DNA of 64,000 nt, from the NCBI GenBank assembly GCA_945861405.1, contig CAMAUL010000005.1:1629-65628 (forward strand). Reading direction: 5' to 3'. A model generated the notes under the pieces. It had not been told where the DNA came from, did no database searches, and saw only the letters and a program-made list of their open reading frames with translations. A program made the translations under genes and the position numbers. Positions 1 through 9,346 of this stretch are shown piece after piece. Position 1 is the first letter of the stretch; every line of letters begins with the position of its first letter. Source of the DNA: Candidatus Methylobacter oryzae. GTDB taxonomy: Bacteria > Pseudomonadota > Gammaproteobacteria > Methylococcales > Methylomonadaceae.

Positions 1-40
1 CGCCGATCTAGCTCCTCAGAGCAAACACGTTCATTATAAA

Positions 41-158
41 AATGGAACACGGATGGCACGGATTAAACAGATAATCACTGATTTAAAAGCGTAAACAAAC
101 TTGGCTCCGACTAAAAATCCGTTTAAATCCGTCCTATCCGTGCCATCCGTGTTCTATT
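41..158. repeat. REP/MITE-like imperfect palindrome, family A
   Basis: Left arm AATGGAACACGGATGGCACGGATTA, right arm CCGTGCCATCCGTGTTCTATT. The same architecture recurs at 33991, 44849, 48644, 54739 (variant) and 56352. Confidence 0.85.
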
Positions 159-188
159 GAGAAAACGCTGAATATTTTCTATATAACC

Positions 189-1997
189 ATGCATAAAGCA
201 CTTTTGCTAATCATCATCCCGCTGTTGTTATACGGCTTTTGGCTGAGTGCAGAATTTAAAGGTATTGCGGCGGGCGTCTCGATATTTCTGTTCGGCATGC
301 TGTCGCTGGAGCAGGGATTTAAAGCCTTTACCGGCGGCGTACTGGAACGGATACTGCAAAAAACCACCGACACCCCCTGGAAAAGTTTCGGCTTCGGCTT
401 TATGTCGGCTACCTTGATGCAATCCAGCGGCTTGGTCTCGGTCATCACCATTTCATTCCTGAGCGCAGGCTTGCTTGATTTGGTCGCCGGTATCGGCATT
501 ATTTTCGGCTCCAATTTAGGTACGACCACCGGCGCGTGGCTGATCGCCGGACTAGGGCTGAAAGTCAATATCGCCACCTACGCCATGCCGCTGCTGGTTT
601 TCGGCGTCTTATGCATATTCCAGAACGGCAAGCAGTTAAAAGGCATCGGCTATATCCTGACCGGCTTAGGCTTTTTGCTGCTCGGCATCCACTACATGAA
701 AGAAAGCTTCGAATACTTCGAAAGCACCATAAACCTGGCCGAATACGCGATGCCCGGTGTCAAAGGACTACTGATCTACACCGCCATAGGGATCATCGCT
801 ACCGTTATCATGCAGTCCAGCCATGCCACGATGCTGTTAACCATTACCGCAGTTTCCGTACATCAAATTACGTATGACAATGCACTGGCGCTGGTTATCG
901 GTGCCAATATTGGCACCACCGTCACCGCTATCATTGCCTCTTTCGGTGCCAACATTCAGGGTAAACGGCTGGCAGGCTCGCATCTGTTCATCAACCTGTT
1001 GACCGGCATCTTCGTGCTGATTTTCGTCAAGCAATTCGGCATCGCCGTTGACATCGTCAGCGCAAATCTGGGTATCGCCGCCTCGGACAACGCGATGAAA
1101 CTGGCAACCTTTCACAGCCTGTTCAATCTTGCAGGCATCATCCTGTTTTTTCCGTTCATCAATCAGCAGGTACTATTGCTGGAAAAAGTATTCATCGAAA
1201 AGCGCCCCGCTATTTTCCAACCAAAATATCTGGATGTATCCGCGATGGATTTCCCTGAAACCGTCGTAGAATCGGTCAGGCTGGAAAGCATCCATTTATA
1301 CGAAAACGCCATCCATATCATTTTGCATACCTTCGGCCTGCATAAACACGACCTCCAAAAAAGCGACTCACTCCAGCAACTCATCGAACAAAACAATCAG
1401 CCGATAGACTACGATATAGACGCCAGCTATGACAAGCGAATAAAAGGCATTTACAGCGCGATAATTGCTTTTATCAGCCAAGCCGGCTTCACCTGGGAGA
1501 TGACCCAGTCGGCGAAGCTTTCCTGGCTGCGCGAGGCTAACAAACACCTTGTCGAAGCCATCAAAGACACCAAGCACTTGCAGAAAAACTGGATCCGGTT
1601 CAGCACATCAACCAATCAGGCCGCCATCAATGAATACAACAAAATCGCCTATCAAATAGTCCTGCATATCCAACAGATTGAAAATTTCAGGCACGAAATC
1701 GAAGGCAATGAATTACCGTTATTATCGTTGGACGCGTTAAAAGCGACCATTAAAAACGACGACATGCAAATGAACCGCGCCATTGAAGCCCTTATCCGGG
1801 AACAAAAAATAACCCCTGAAACAGGCTCATCGCTAATCAATGACAGCGCCTATATGCGCAACATCAAAAAAAACCTGCTAAAAGCTGCCGAAACGCTGTT
1901 CTTACATAGCAGCACCGGCAATGCCGGAGTTGAACAACAATTAAGCCTGAATGAAACTGAAATCAATGATGTTGTTCACACAGTCGATACCCAATAA
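189..1997 (+). CDS. Na/Pi cotransporter family protein with PhoU-like C-terminal half
   Basis: 602-aa ORF. The polytopic N-terminal half has the duplicated signature SNLGTTTGAW / GANIGTTVTA. The C-terminal half is soluble and helical. Confidence 0.8.
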   Translation: MHKALLLIIIPLLLYGFWLSAEFKGIAAGVSIFLFGMLSLEQGFKAFTGGVLERILQKTTDTPWKSFGFGFMSATLMQSSGLVSVITISFLSAGLLDLVAGIGIIFGSNLGTTTGAWLIAGLGLKVNIATYAMPLLVFGVLCIFQNGKQLKGIGYILTGLGFLLLGIHYMKESFEYFESTINLAEYAMPGVKGLLIYTAIGIIATVIMQSSHATMLLTITAVSVHQITYDNALALVIGANIGTTVTAIIASFGANIQGKRLAGSHLFINLLTGIFVLIFVKQFGIAVDIVSANLGIAASDNAMKLATFHSLFNLAGIILFFPFINQQVLLLEKVFIEKRPAIFQPKYLDVSAMDFPETVVESVRLESIHLYENAIHIILHTFGLHKHDLQKSDSLQQLIEQNNQPIDYDIDASYDKRIKGIYSAIIAFISQAGFTWEMTQSAKLSWLREANKHLVEAIKDTKHLQKNWIRFSTSTNQAAINEYNKIAYQIVLHIQQIENFRHEIEGNELPLLSLDALKATIKNDDMQMNRAIEALIREQKITPETGSSLINDSAYMRNIKKNLLKAAETLFLHSSTGNAGVEQQLSLNETEINDVVHTVDTQ

Positions 1998-2033
1998 CAT
2001 TATTTAGCTACCCACCTAACCCGTCATCCAGCC

Positions 2034-2336
2034 ATGAAAATAGAAAAGCTGCTACACAAATTACAGGCCTTTTTTGACGCCGACAAACGCAAAAAAAGGC
2101 AGCATATCGAGGAGCTAAAAAAGATCCTGCTTAAGCTCAAGAAAAAAGAGCGGAAAATCACCCACGCCCTTGAACAGACTGATGAGGATTGCTTAATAAA
2201 GCATTATCAAACCGAATTGGAAATCATCAGGGTGCAGCGAAAAAAAGGCATTGAGGTTTTACAACAACTTAAAGAACGAAAAAAACTTAACTCGCCAAAC
2301 ACACCCAGCCCCCGTATCGTCCCGGCTGACAACTAA
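2034..2336 (+). CDS. hypothetical Lys/Glu-rich coiled-coil protein
   Basis: 100-aa ORF 37 nt after the upstream stop. Highly charged K/E/R heptad-like composition; no recognisable family. Confidence 0.4.
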   Translation: MKIEKLLHKLQAFFDADKRKKRQHIEELKKILLKLKKKERKITHALEQTDEDCLIKHYQTELEIIRVQRKKGIEVLQQLKERKKLNSPNTPSPRIVPADN

Positions 2337-2446
2337 GCCTCCGACATTTATTAGCGCACACTCCCGCTGTTTCAAATATAATATACCAATCAAATTAGTC
2401 TAGAATTTTCACCCTTCCAAATCTTTTGTATTCTTGAGAGTCACAT

Positions 2447-4051
2447 ATGCAGATTGAAGTCTTTTTGTCCGTTTTTAGCTTATTGATGATTGCATTATTT
2501 CCCATCAAAACCAACCTACCGGGTAAGAACAGCTTTACTGCATTTAATTGCCAGCTTTTTAAGTTACTGAAAACAGCACTTTGCTCAAAATATAATCCAC
2601 TGTTACTCGCCGTGCTTTTTCCCTCCCTAGCAATGGCCGCTGAAGAAGCGGGAGCTGTTAGTCCGGCACAACCGTTGAACTTGACCCAGCATTGGGCAGG
2701 TTATCTGGCCTTGCTGGTTTTTGCTGTCGCCTACATTCTTGCCATGACTGAGGAAGTAACTGAGTTAAAAAAATCCAAACCTATGGTGTTTGCGGCAAGC
2801 CTTATCTGGATTTTTATAGCTATTTTTTATACCAAGGCCGGGATGAATGAACAAGCAGGCATTGCGTTTCGCACCACACTTGAAAGTTATGGCGAACTGT
2901 TTTTGTTCATCATGGTCTCGATGACTTACTTGAATGCCATGGAAGATCGGGGCGTGTTTGACAGCCTACGGGTCTGGCTATTAAGCAAAAACTTCAGCTA
3001 TAGGCAATTATTCTGGATTACCGGCTTTCAGGCGTTCTTCATCTCGTCCGGCTGCAACAACCTCACGACCGCCTTGCTGATGGGTTCGGTTATTTTGGCG
3101 ATGGGCAAAGGCTGCCCGCGCTTTGTTACCTTGTCCTGCATCAATGTTGTGGTCGCCTCCAATGCAGGCGGCTCATTCAGCCCCTTCGGCGACATCACCA
3201 CGCTGTTGGTATGGCAAAAAGGCGTAGTGCCGTTTGCCGATTTCTTCTCCCTGCTGATTCCGGCCATCGTCAACTTCACAATACCCGCCGCCATCATGCA
3301 TTTCTTTATTCCGCAAGAAAGACCGGCAGCGGTCATGGAAGTCCAAGCCATGAAACGGGGCGGCTGGGTCATAATCTTTTTATTCGCATTGACCATCATT
3401 ACCTCGGCTTGCTTCGAAAATTTCCTGAGCTTGCCGCCCGCTGCCGGGATGATGATGGGCTTGACCTACTTAAAGTTTTTCAGTTATTACCTGCAAAAAA
3501 CCCGCGACTCCCATCCGGTATTAATGCCAATGGATTTGACCGATGTCAAAATCGATTATTTTGGCCCCATGAAACGCATGAACAGTCCGCAAGGAGAGAC
3601 CCAGGAACTGCCTTTTGATGTTTTCCAGAAAGTCGCCAACCTGGAATGGGACACCCTGCTGTTTTTTTACGGCGTCATGGTCGGTGTCGGCGGCCTGAGC
3701 TTCATCGGCTATATGGAAGTGGCCTCCCACCATCTTTACGGCAGTATCGATCCCACCGTAGCCAACATCCTGGTGGGCATCGCCTCCGCGTTCGTCGATA
3801 ACGGCACCATCATGCTGTCCGTATTGACCATGGCACCTGATATATCTCAAGGCCAATGGCTGCTGGTCACCTTGACCGCCGGTGTCGGCGGCAGCATGTT
3901 GGCGGTCGGTTCCGCAGCAGGCGTGGGCTTAATGGGACAAGCCAAAGGAATATACACCTTCACCAGCCATCTAAAATGGACGCCGGTCATCGCGCTGGGT
4001 TATTTCGGTAGCATCGCTGCCCACTTTCTGATCAACGGGCGGTATTTTTAG
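2447..4051 (+). CDS. nhaD: NhaD-type Na+/H+ antiporter
   Basis: 534-aa polytopic ORF with ASNAGGSFSPFGDITTLLVW and FVDNGTIML motifs typical of NhaD/ArsB-superfamily antiporters. The first ~60 codons may be over-extended. Confidence 0.65.
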   Translation: MQIEVFLSVFSLLMIALFPIKTNLPGKNSFTAFNCQLFKLLKTALCSKYNPLLLAVLFPSLAMAAEEAGAVSPAQPLNLTQHWAGYLALLVFAVAYILAMTEEVTELKKSKPMVFAASLIWIFIAIFYTKAGMNEQAGIAFRTTLESYGELFLFIMVSMTYLNAMEDRGVFDSLRVWLLSKNFSYRQLFWITGFQAFFISSGCNNLTTALLMGSVILAMGKGCPRFVTLSCINVVVASNAGGSFSPFGDITTLLVWQKGVVPFADFFSLLIPAIVNFTIPAAIMHFFIPQERPAAVMEVQAMKRGGWVIIFLFALTIITSACFENFLSLPPAAGMMMGLTYLKFFSYYLQKTRDSHPVLMPMDLTDVKIDYFGPMKRMNSPQGETQELPFDVFQKVANLEWDTLLFFYGVMVGVGGLSFIGYMEVASHHLYGSIDPTVANILVGIASAFVDNGTIMLSVLTMAPDISQGQWLLVTLTAGVGGSMLAVGSAAGVGLMGQAKGIYTFTSHLKWTPVIALGYFGSIAAHFLINGRYF

Positions 4052-4072
4052 GATTAGCTGAGGGAGGCAACC

Positions 4073-4666
4073 CTACGAAACGTCTGCTACCCAACCATCA
4101 TCCAGAACTTTATCGTAAACCTCCCGCAGACTGAGTAGGCAGTCTATGCTTTCCAGCGGCACAGTGGCCTCAAGCCCCACTGCTTCGGTTAATATCCAAA
4201 CATCGCCTTGCCGCTGATAGCGTTCGATACTCGGCTGGTCTTGCGCCACCAACAGGTATTCTTGCAGCGTGGGGATTTTACGGTAATGGGCGAACTTGCC
4301 GCCTCGGTCATAAGCTTCGGTGGACGGCGACAACACTTCAATCAACAACGTAGGGTTGAGTAAGGTATCGACATGCGCGTCCTCAAATTGCGGTGTACCG
4401 CATGCAACAACGATGTCAGGGTAATGGTAGCTCCGCGCTTCGACTGCCTTGACGCGCATATCGTTGATATAGGCTTCGCAGGGACGCTTTTTGAGTTGTT
4501 CACTTAGTTCCCGGTAAATATTTCCAGAAACCAGGTTATGCGCCCGGCTTGCGCCGGTCATCGCATAGATTTGACCGTCATGGAATTCGCTTTTACAAGC
4601 CGCGCTACGTTCCAGCGTTAAATATTCTTCGGCGGTATAGTGGGTTTGTGTAAGTACGGCAGACAT
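4073..4666 (-). CDS. Uma2 family (DUF820) putative endonuclease
   Basis: The N-terminal 'TAEEYLTLE...EFHDGQIYAMTGAS..HN' pattern is typical of Uma2. Start placed at the second Met (GAGG 8 nt upstream); the ORF track starts at 4678. Confidence 0.7.
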   Translation of the reverse strand: MSAVLTQTHYTAEEYLTLERSAACKSEFHDGQIYAMTGASRAHNLVSGNIYRELSEQLKKRPCEAYINDMRVKAVEARSYHYPDIVVACGTPQFEDAHVDTLLNPTLLIEVLSPSTEAYDRGGKFAHYRKIPTLQEYLLVAQDQPSIERYQRQGDVWILTEAVGLEATVPLESIDCLLSLREVYDKVLDDGWVADVS

Positions 4667-4775
4667 GAAACACCTCATTTTAGGAGTGACTTGCTAAGAA
4701 ACACCTATATTACAGCGTTTAACGGGCATGTGAAGACTATTTTTGCCTGATTTTTACCCTTATCCGGGAGCAATC

Positions 4776-4960
4776 GCAAAGCCAGCTTCGCGACTCCAAG
4801 TATTACGCAATGTTTACCCGGAGTCGCAAAGCTGGCTTTGCGCTTAGAAGTTATCTCGTTCCCACGCGCTACGTGGGAATGCAATTCAAGGCGCGTTGGT
4901 TGCGGTCAATGTGCTGAAATTCCGGCCTTGCAACACAGAACGTAGCGCGTGGGAACGAGA
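4776..4960. repeat. two consecutive palindromic repeat units (GGAGTCGC.. type and CTCGTTCCCACGCG.. type)
   Basis: GCAAAGCCAGCTTCGCGACTCC (4776-4797) pairs with GGAGTCGCAAAGCTGGCTTTGC (4820-4841), 1 mismatch. TCTCGTTCCCACGCGCTACGT (4855-4875) pairs with ACGTAGCGCGTGGGAACGAGA (4940-4960), a perfect 21-bp inverted repeat. Confidence 0.8.
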
Positions 4961-4967
4961 CAACAAG

Positions 4968-6356
4968 TTAAACTCCGTAAATCTTACGCTTGCGCCAGAA
5001 CGTAGCCCTGCTCATACCCAGCGTTCGAGCGGCTTGAGTAACCTTGCCATTGCTCTGCTCCAGCGCCTGGCGGATTGCGGCGGATTCCTCGTCCGCCGAC
5101 AGCGGCTGGTTTTGCACGGCTTGCGAATCAACGCTGCGCTGCTCCCTGAACTCAGGCGGCAATTCCGACCAGCGTAGCGTCGTCCCTCGGCCTACCGCAA
5201 ACGCATATTCCACAACATTGTGCAGCTCCCGGATATTGCCCGGCCACGCATAGTCCAACAATGCCCGCATAGCTTGCGGGTCGATTTTTTCGATTTTCCT
5301 GAAATTGTCCGCATTATGCTGCTGGATAAAATGCCAGATCAATAGGCCTATATCTTCGCGGCGCTCCCGCAACGGCGGAATGAAAATCGGCACGACCCTG
5401 AGTCGGTACATCAGGTCTTCGCGGAAACGACCCATTTTGACTTCCTCCCGCAACGACCGATGCGTCGCGGCAACGATGCGCACATCGACATCTATCGAGC
5501 GGTCGCCGCCGACCGGGATAAAGTTTCTTTCCTGGATGACCCGCAGCAGCTTGGCCTGCAACTCCAGCGGCAGTTCGGCAACTTCATCCAGAAACAGGGT
5601 TCCGCCGTGCGCACGCTGAAACAGGCCGCTATGATCCTTAACCGCACCGGTAAACGCGCCGCGCACATGGCCGAACAACTCGCTGTCCAACAGGCTGCTG
5701 GACAAGGCCGCGCAATTGATCGCCAGAAAAGGCGCATTGCGCCGGGCGCTCAGATCGTGAATGGCCTTGGCAACCAACTCCTTGCCGGAACCGCTCTCGC
5801 CCCTGACCAATACCGTCGCTTCCGTTTCTGCGGCGTTTCGAATAATCTGAAAAACCGCCTGCATGGCCGGTGACCGGCTTAACAACCCTTGAAAACCCTG
5901 CTTTCCATCCAGCACAGGCGCTTCGCCTACAGGACGTAGGCGAGGGGCGTGAGCAGGAGCGGAAGCTTCTTTCGACAAAGAACTGTTTGCCGCCTGTTCC
6001 GAAGCGGAAAGCAGCAGGCCTAAGCCACCGGCAAAAATATCATCCTGGTCATACAAAACCTGGGTAATTTTTTCCAGCTCAATTTTATGCCCACCCGCCT
6101 GAGATGATTTTATGAGTTGTTTTTTATGTTCACCGGCCTCAGTAATCGCGTATTCTGACAGACAAGTTTTGCCTGTGATGTCCCCGGACTCCAATCCCGT
6201 TAACTGCTCAGCGCCCCGGCTCCAGTGAACGACCTGTTGATCCCGGTCAACAATATACAGGCCTGCAACATCGCAAAGAGCCAGCAACTTTAAAAACAGC
6301 GGCTGTATCGGCTGGCGGGCCAGCCAGTCTGATAAGGGTTGATTAATTTGTTTCAC
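4968..6356 (-). CDS. sigma54-dependent transcriptional activator with N-terminal PAS-like sensor (FisR-like)
   Basis: AAA+ core with GESGSGKE Walker A and the GAFTGA loop (RGAFTGAV). C-terminal Fis-type HTH. Divergent from the pdo-sqr genes, which carry a -24/-12 promoter. Confidence 0.9.
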   Translation of the reverse strand: MKQINQPLSDWLARQPIQPLFLKLLALCDVAGLYIVDRDQQVVHWSRGAEQLTGLESGDITGKTCLSEYAITEAGEHKKQLIKSSQAGGHKIELEKITQVLYDQDDIFAGGLGLLLSASEQAANSSLSKEASAPAHAPRLRPVGEAPVLDGKQGFQGLLSRSPAMQAVFQIIRNAAETEATVLVRGESGSGKELVAKAIHDLSARRNAPFLAINCAALSSSLLDSELFGHVRGAFTGAVKDHSGLFQRAHGGTLFLDEVAELPLELQAKLLRVIQERNFIPVGGDRSIDVDVRIVAATHRSLREEVKMGRFREDLMYRLRVVPIFIPPLRERREDIGLLIWHFIQQHNADNFRKIEKIDPQAMRALLDYAWPGNIRELHNVVEYAFAVGRGTTLRWSELPPEFREQRSVDSQAVQNQPLSADEESAAIRQALEQSNGKVTQAARTLGMSRATFWRKRKIYGV

Positions 6357-6407
6357 GGGCGTCTCACTGAATCAATAAAGTGTGTCATTGAAACAATATA
6401 TGAAACA

Positions 6408-6461
6408 GGCAAAAGGTTCAAGGGGTACAAACCTTGAACCTTGCCCCTTTTGCCTTGAACC
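6408..6461. promoter_or_regulatory. nested inverted repeats, candidate upstream activator sequence
   Basis: AAGGTTCAAGG (6413-6423) pairs with CCTTGAACCTT (6432-6442). GGCAAAAGG (6408-6416) pairs with CCTTTTGCC (6446-6454). A third CCTTGAACC lies at 6453-6461, directly upstream of the sigma54 promoter. Confidence 0.5.
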
Positions 6462-6470
6462 TTATTTTTT

Positions 6471-6486
6471 TGGCACAGGTGTTGCA
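6471..6486 (+). promoter_or_regulatory. sigma54 (-24/-12) promoter
   Basis: TGGCACaggtgTTGCA matches the TGGCAC-N5-TTGC consensus exactly. It lies 39 nt upstream of the ATG at 6525. Confidence 0.8.
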
Positions 6487-6524
6487 CTAACTAACATATA
6501 TCCCATAACCCACCGGAGAGAGAC

Positions 6525-7670
6525 ATGCTATTCAAACAATTATTCGATCAGGAAACCTGGACTTACACCTATTTGATTGCCGATCCGGACAGCAAGGACG
6601 CGATTCTGATCGATCCGGTCAATACCCATATTGATGAATATATCGAACTGCTATCAGCACACGGCCTGCAACTGAAATATTCGCTGGAAACCCATGTCCA
6701 TGCCGATCACATCACCGCCAGCGGCCTGCTGCGTCAACGTCTGGGGGCGCAAACCGGCGTTAGCGGATTATGCGGCGCAGAATCGGCGGACATTCAAATC
6801 CAGGACGGCGATGTCTTCAAATTCGCGGACGGTGAACAAATCCGGGTGATTGCCACGCCGGGTCATACGCGCGGCAGCATTTCCTTTTTATGGCGCGACC
6901 GCCTGTTTACCGGCGATTCGTTATTGATCGGCGGCTGCGGACGCACCGACTTCCAGGGCGGCGATGCCGGTGCGCTGTATGACTGTATCACCCAGCGTCT
7001 GTTTACGCTGCCGGATGAAACGCTGGTCTATCCGGGCCACGATTATCAACAGCGCTGGGTCAGCAGCATCATGCAGGAACGCACCAGCAATCCGCGTCTG
7101 GCTGGCAAGACCCGCGAGCAGTTTATCGAGATCATGAGCAACCTGAATTTGCCCAAGCCACGTTTAATCGACGAAGCCGTACCCGCCAACCGCTATTGCG
7201 GCCTGGACGAGAATGAACGCCAGGATGCGGTGGCGCTCAGGGACGAATCGCTGCCGGTTCGCGTCACCACCAAAACTGAAGATATCGCCAAGGATGGTGT
7301 GTATGCCGCAAACCTGTCGGGAACAGGCGCGGCGCTGGTAGCCGCTGCCAAGCAACGCATTGTTGAAATCGATGTCGCCAAAGCGAAACAACTGCTGGCA
7401 CAAGGCCATATCGTGCTGATCGATACCCGCGAAGAAAGCGAATACGCCGCAGGACACATCGACAGCGCGTTATTGGTGCCGCGCGGCATGCTGGAATTCA
7501 AAATCGGCAATATGCCAGAACTGGCCGACAAATCAAAAGCCGTGCTTATCTACTGCCGCTTGGGCAACCGCTCGGCATTGGCAGCGCAAACCATGCAGCA
7601 ATTGGGTTACACTAATGTGCTGTCCATGGCCGGTGGATTTGAAGCGTGGAAAAAAAGCCAAACGACCTAA
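6525..7670 (+). CDS. persulfide dioxygenase (ETHE1-like MBL fold) fused to a rhodanese domain
   Basis: N-terminal MBL motif HVHADH plus ETHE1-like 'LFKQLFD..T.TYTYL'. C-terminal rhodanese with active-site loop CRLGNRS. Confidence 0.85.
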   Translation: MLFKQLFDQETWTYTYLIADPDSKDAILIDPVNTHIDEYIELLSAHGLQLKYSLETHVHADHITASGLLRQRLGAQTGVSGLCGAESADIQIQDGDVFKFADGEQIRVIATPGHTRGSISFLWRDRLFTGDSLLIGGCGRTDFQGGDAGALYDCITQRLFTLPDETLVYPGHDYQQRWVSSIMQERTSNPRLAGKTREQFIEIMSNLNLPKPRLIDEAVPANRYCGLDENERQDAVALRDESLPVRVTTKTEDIAKDGVYAANLSGTGAALVAAAKQRIVEIDVAKAKQLLAQGHIVLIDTREESEYAAGHIDSALLVPRGMLEFKIGNMPELADKSKAVLIYCRLGNRSALAAQTMQQLGYTNVLSMAGGFEAWKKSQTT

Positions 7671-7780
7671 GGCACCGATTGATAAAGAGAAAATGGATGC
7701 ATGATAAAAAAATCGCGTTGCTTTACACTTTTTTGCCGCGCACCGGAATTTTCCGATAACTAAAAACTTAAGAGGAATTT

Positions 7781-9034
7781 ATGTCAAACAAACACCATAC
7801 CTTGCTGATCATCGGGGGCGGAGCCGCTGGCGTTACCATCGCCAACACGATGCGCCGTCAAAACGCCAAAATGGACATTGCTATCGTTGAACCGTCCGAA
7901 GTCCATTATTACCAGCCGGGCTTCACCATAGTCGGCGGCGGCGCTTATACCTTAAAAGAGACCATCCGCAACGAAGCCGACTTGATCCACCCGACCGTCA
8001 CCTGGATCAAGGATTACGCAGAAACTTTTCAGCCGAATGACAACACAGTCAGCCTGCGTTCCGGCGATACAATCAGTTACGACTATCTGGTGGTCTGCCC
8101 CGGCCTGCAACTGGACTGGGACAAGATTGAGGGTTTGAAAGAAACGCTGAACAAAAATAATGTGTGCAGCAATTATTCCCCGGAAACGGTGGAATACACT
8201 TGGGAATGCATCCAGAACATCAAGGAAGGCACGGCACTGTTCACCCAACCGCCGATCCCTATTAAATGCGCAGGCGCGCCGCAAAAAATCATGTATCTGG
8301 CGGCGGATCGTTTCCGTAAAAGAGGCACACTGAACAAATTCAACATTGAGTTTTTAAATGCCGGGCCGGGACTTTTCGGCGTGCCTTTTTTCGCCAAAGC
8401 CTTAAGCAAGGTCGTAGCCGATTACGGCATTAAAACCAGCTTCAACCATAATTTGGTTGCCATTGACGGCTTGGCCAAAACTGCAACCTTCGAAGTCACC
8501 GACAGCGACGGCAACAAGCAGCGTATAACCAAAGCGTTCGACATGATTCATGTCACGCCGCCGCAAAGCGCGCCGGATTTCATCAAAAAAAGCCCGCTAG
8601 CCAATGCCGCCGGTTGGATTGATGTCAACCCAAAATCCCTGCAACATAACCAATACAACAATATTTTCAGTCTGGGCGATGTAGCCGCGACCAGCAATGC
8701 CAAAACCGCTGCAGCGGTGCGCAAACAGGCTCCGGTCATAGTCGACAATATTCTCAGTTTGCAAAACAGCACTGCGCTAAGAGAAGGCTACGACGGTTAC
8801 GGCTCCTGCCCGTTAACCACCTCGCTGGGTAAAGTGATGCTGGCGGAGTTTTCCTATGACGGCAAGGTAACGCCTTCCTTTCCTTTTCTGGATCCGAGGA
8901 AAAGCCGCTCTATCTGGTGGTGGGGTAAAACCACCGGCTTTCCGTGGCTATACTGGCATTTGATGCTCAAAGGCTACCGCATCGATATTCCGCATTTGGA
9001 ATGCTATGCCAAGAAGTTTATGAGGGAAGAATAA
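7781..9034 (+). CDS. sqr: sulfide:quinone oxidoreductase (type II-like)
   Basis: GGGAAG FAD fold. Conserved cysteines in IKCAGAPQK and GSCPLTT contexts. Adjacent to the persulfide dioxygenase gene. Confidence 0.8.
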   Translation: MSNKHHTLLIIGGGAAGVTIANTMRRQNAKMDIAIVEPSEVHYYQPGFTIVGGGAYTLKETIRNEADLIHPTVTWIKDYAETFQPNDNTVSLRSGDTISYDYLVVCPGLQLDWDKIEGLKETLNKNNVCSNYSPETVEYTWECIQNIKEGTALFTQPPIPIKCAGAPQKIMYLAADRFRKRGTLNKFNIEFLNAGPGLFGVPFFAKALSKVVADYGIKTSFNHNLVAIDGLAKTATFEVTDSDGNKQRITKAFDMIHVTPPQSAPDFIKKSPLANAAGWIDVNPKSLQHNQYNNIFSLGDVAATSNAKTAAAVRKQAPVIVDNILSLQNSTALREGYDGYGSCPLTTSLGKVMLAEFSYDGKVTPSFPFLDPRKSRSIWWWGKTTGFPWLYWHLMLKGYRIDIPHLECYAKKFMREE

Positions 9035-9130
9035 ATTAGGTTCAAGGTGAAAGAGCAAAAAACACATTGAACCTTTCGCCCTTTGTCTTTTTTCTCCACT
9101 TGCCGCGCTCATTGTTATACACAAATACTC

Positions 9131-9189
9131 TAAAATACGCCATTCCGGCAGGGATGCCGGAATAACGGTGTCCCGCAGGCACTTGCGCA
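9131..9189. repeat. repeat fragment related to 59680-59737
   Basis: CATTCCGGCAGGGATGCCGGAATAACGGTG...GCGCATAACGATGAG aligns with ATTCCGGCATCCCTGCCAGAATGACGGTA...GTGTATAACGATGAG at 59680. Confidence 0.6.
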
Positions 9190-9346
9190 TAACGATGAGC
9201 ACCCCGGCGTGGGAATACAGTTAGTGACGCTCCAGCGTCGCGTTTGTAAGGACGACAGACCGGAGTTCCCATGCCAAAGATAGTGCCGCAGGGAGCGAAC
9301 CTTTCCCTACCCCTGCTTATTCAATAAAAACACTCCATACACTGAA

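Noticed and set aside
9042-9272. ORFs 8948-9202 and 9042-9272 (-) between sqr and the SulP gene.
   Set aside because: They lie in repeat-fragment DNA, have no RBS, and resemble the junk peptides generated by the same repeats at 59.6 kb.
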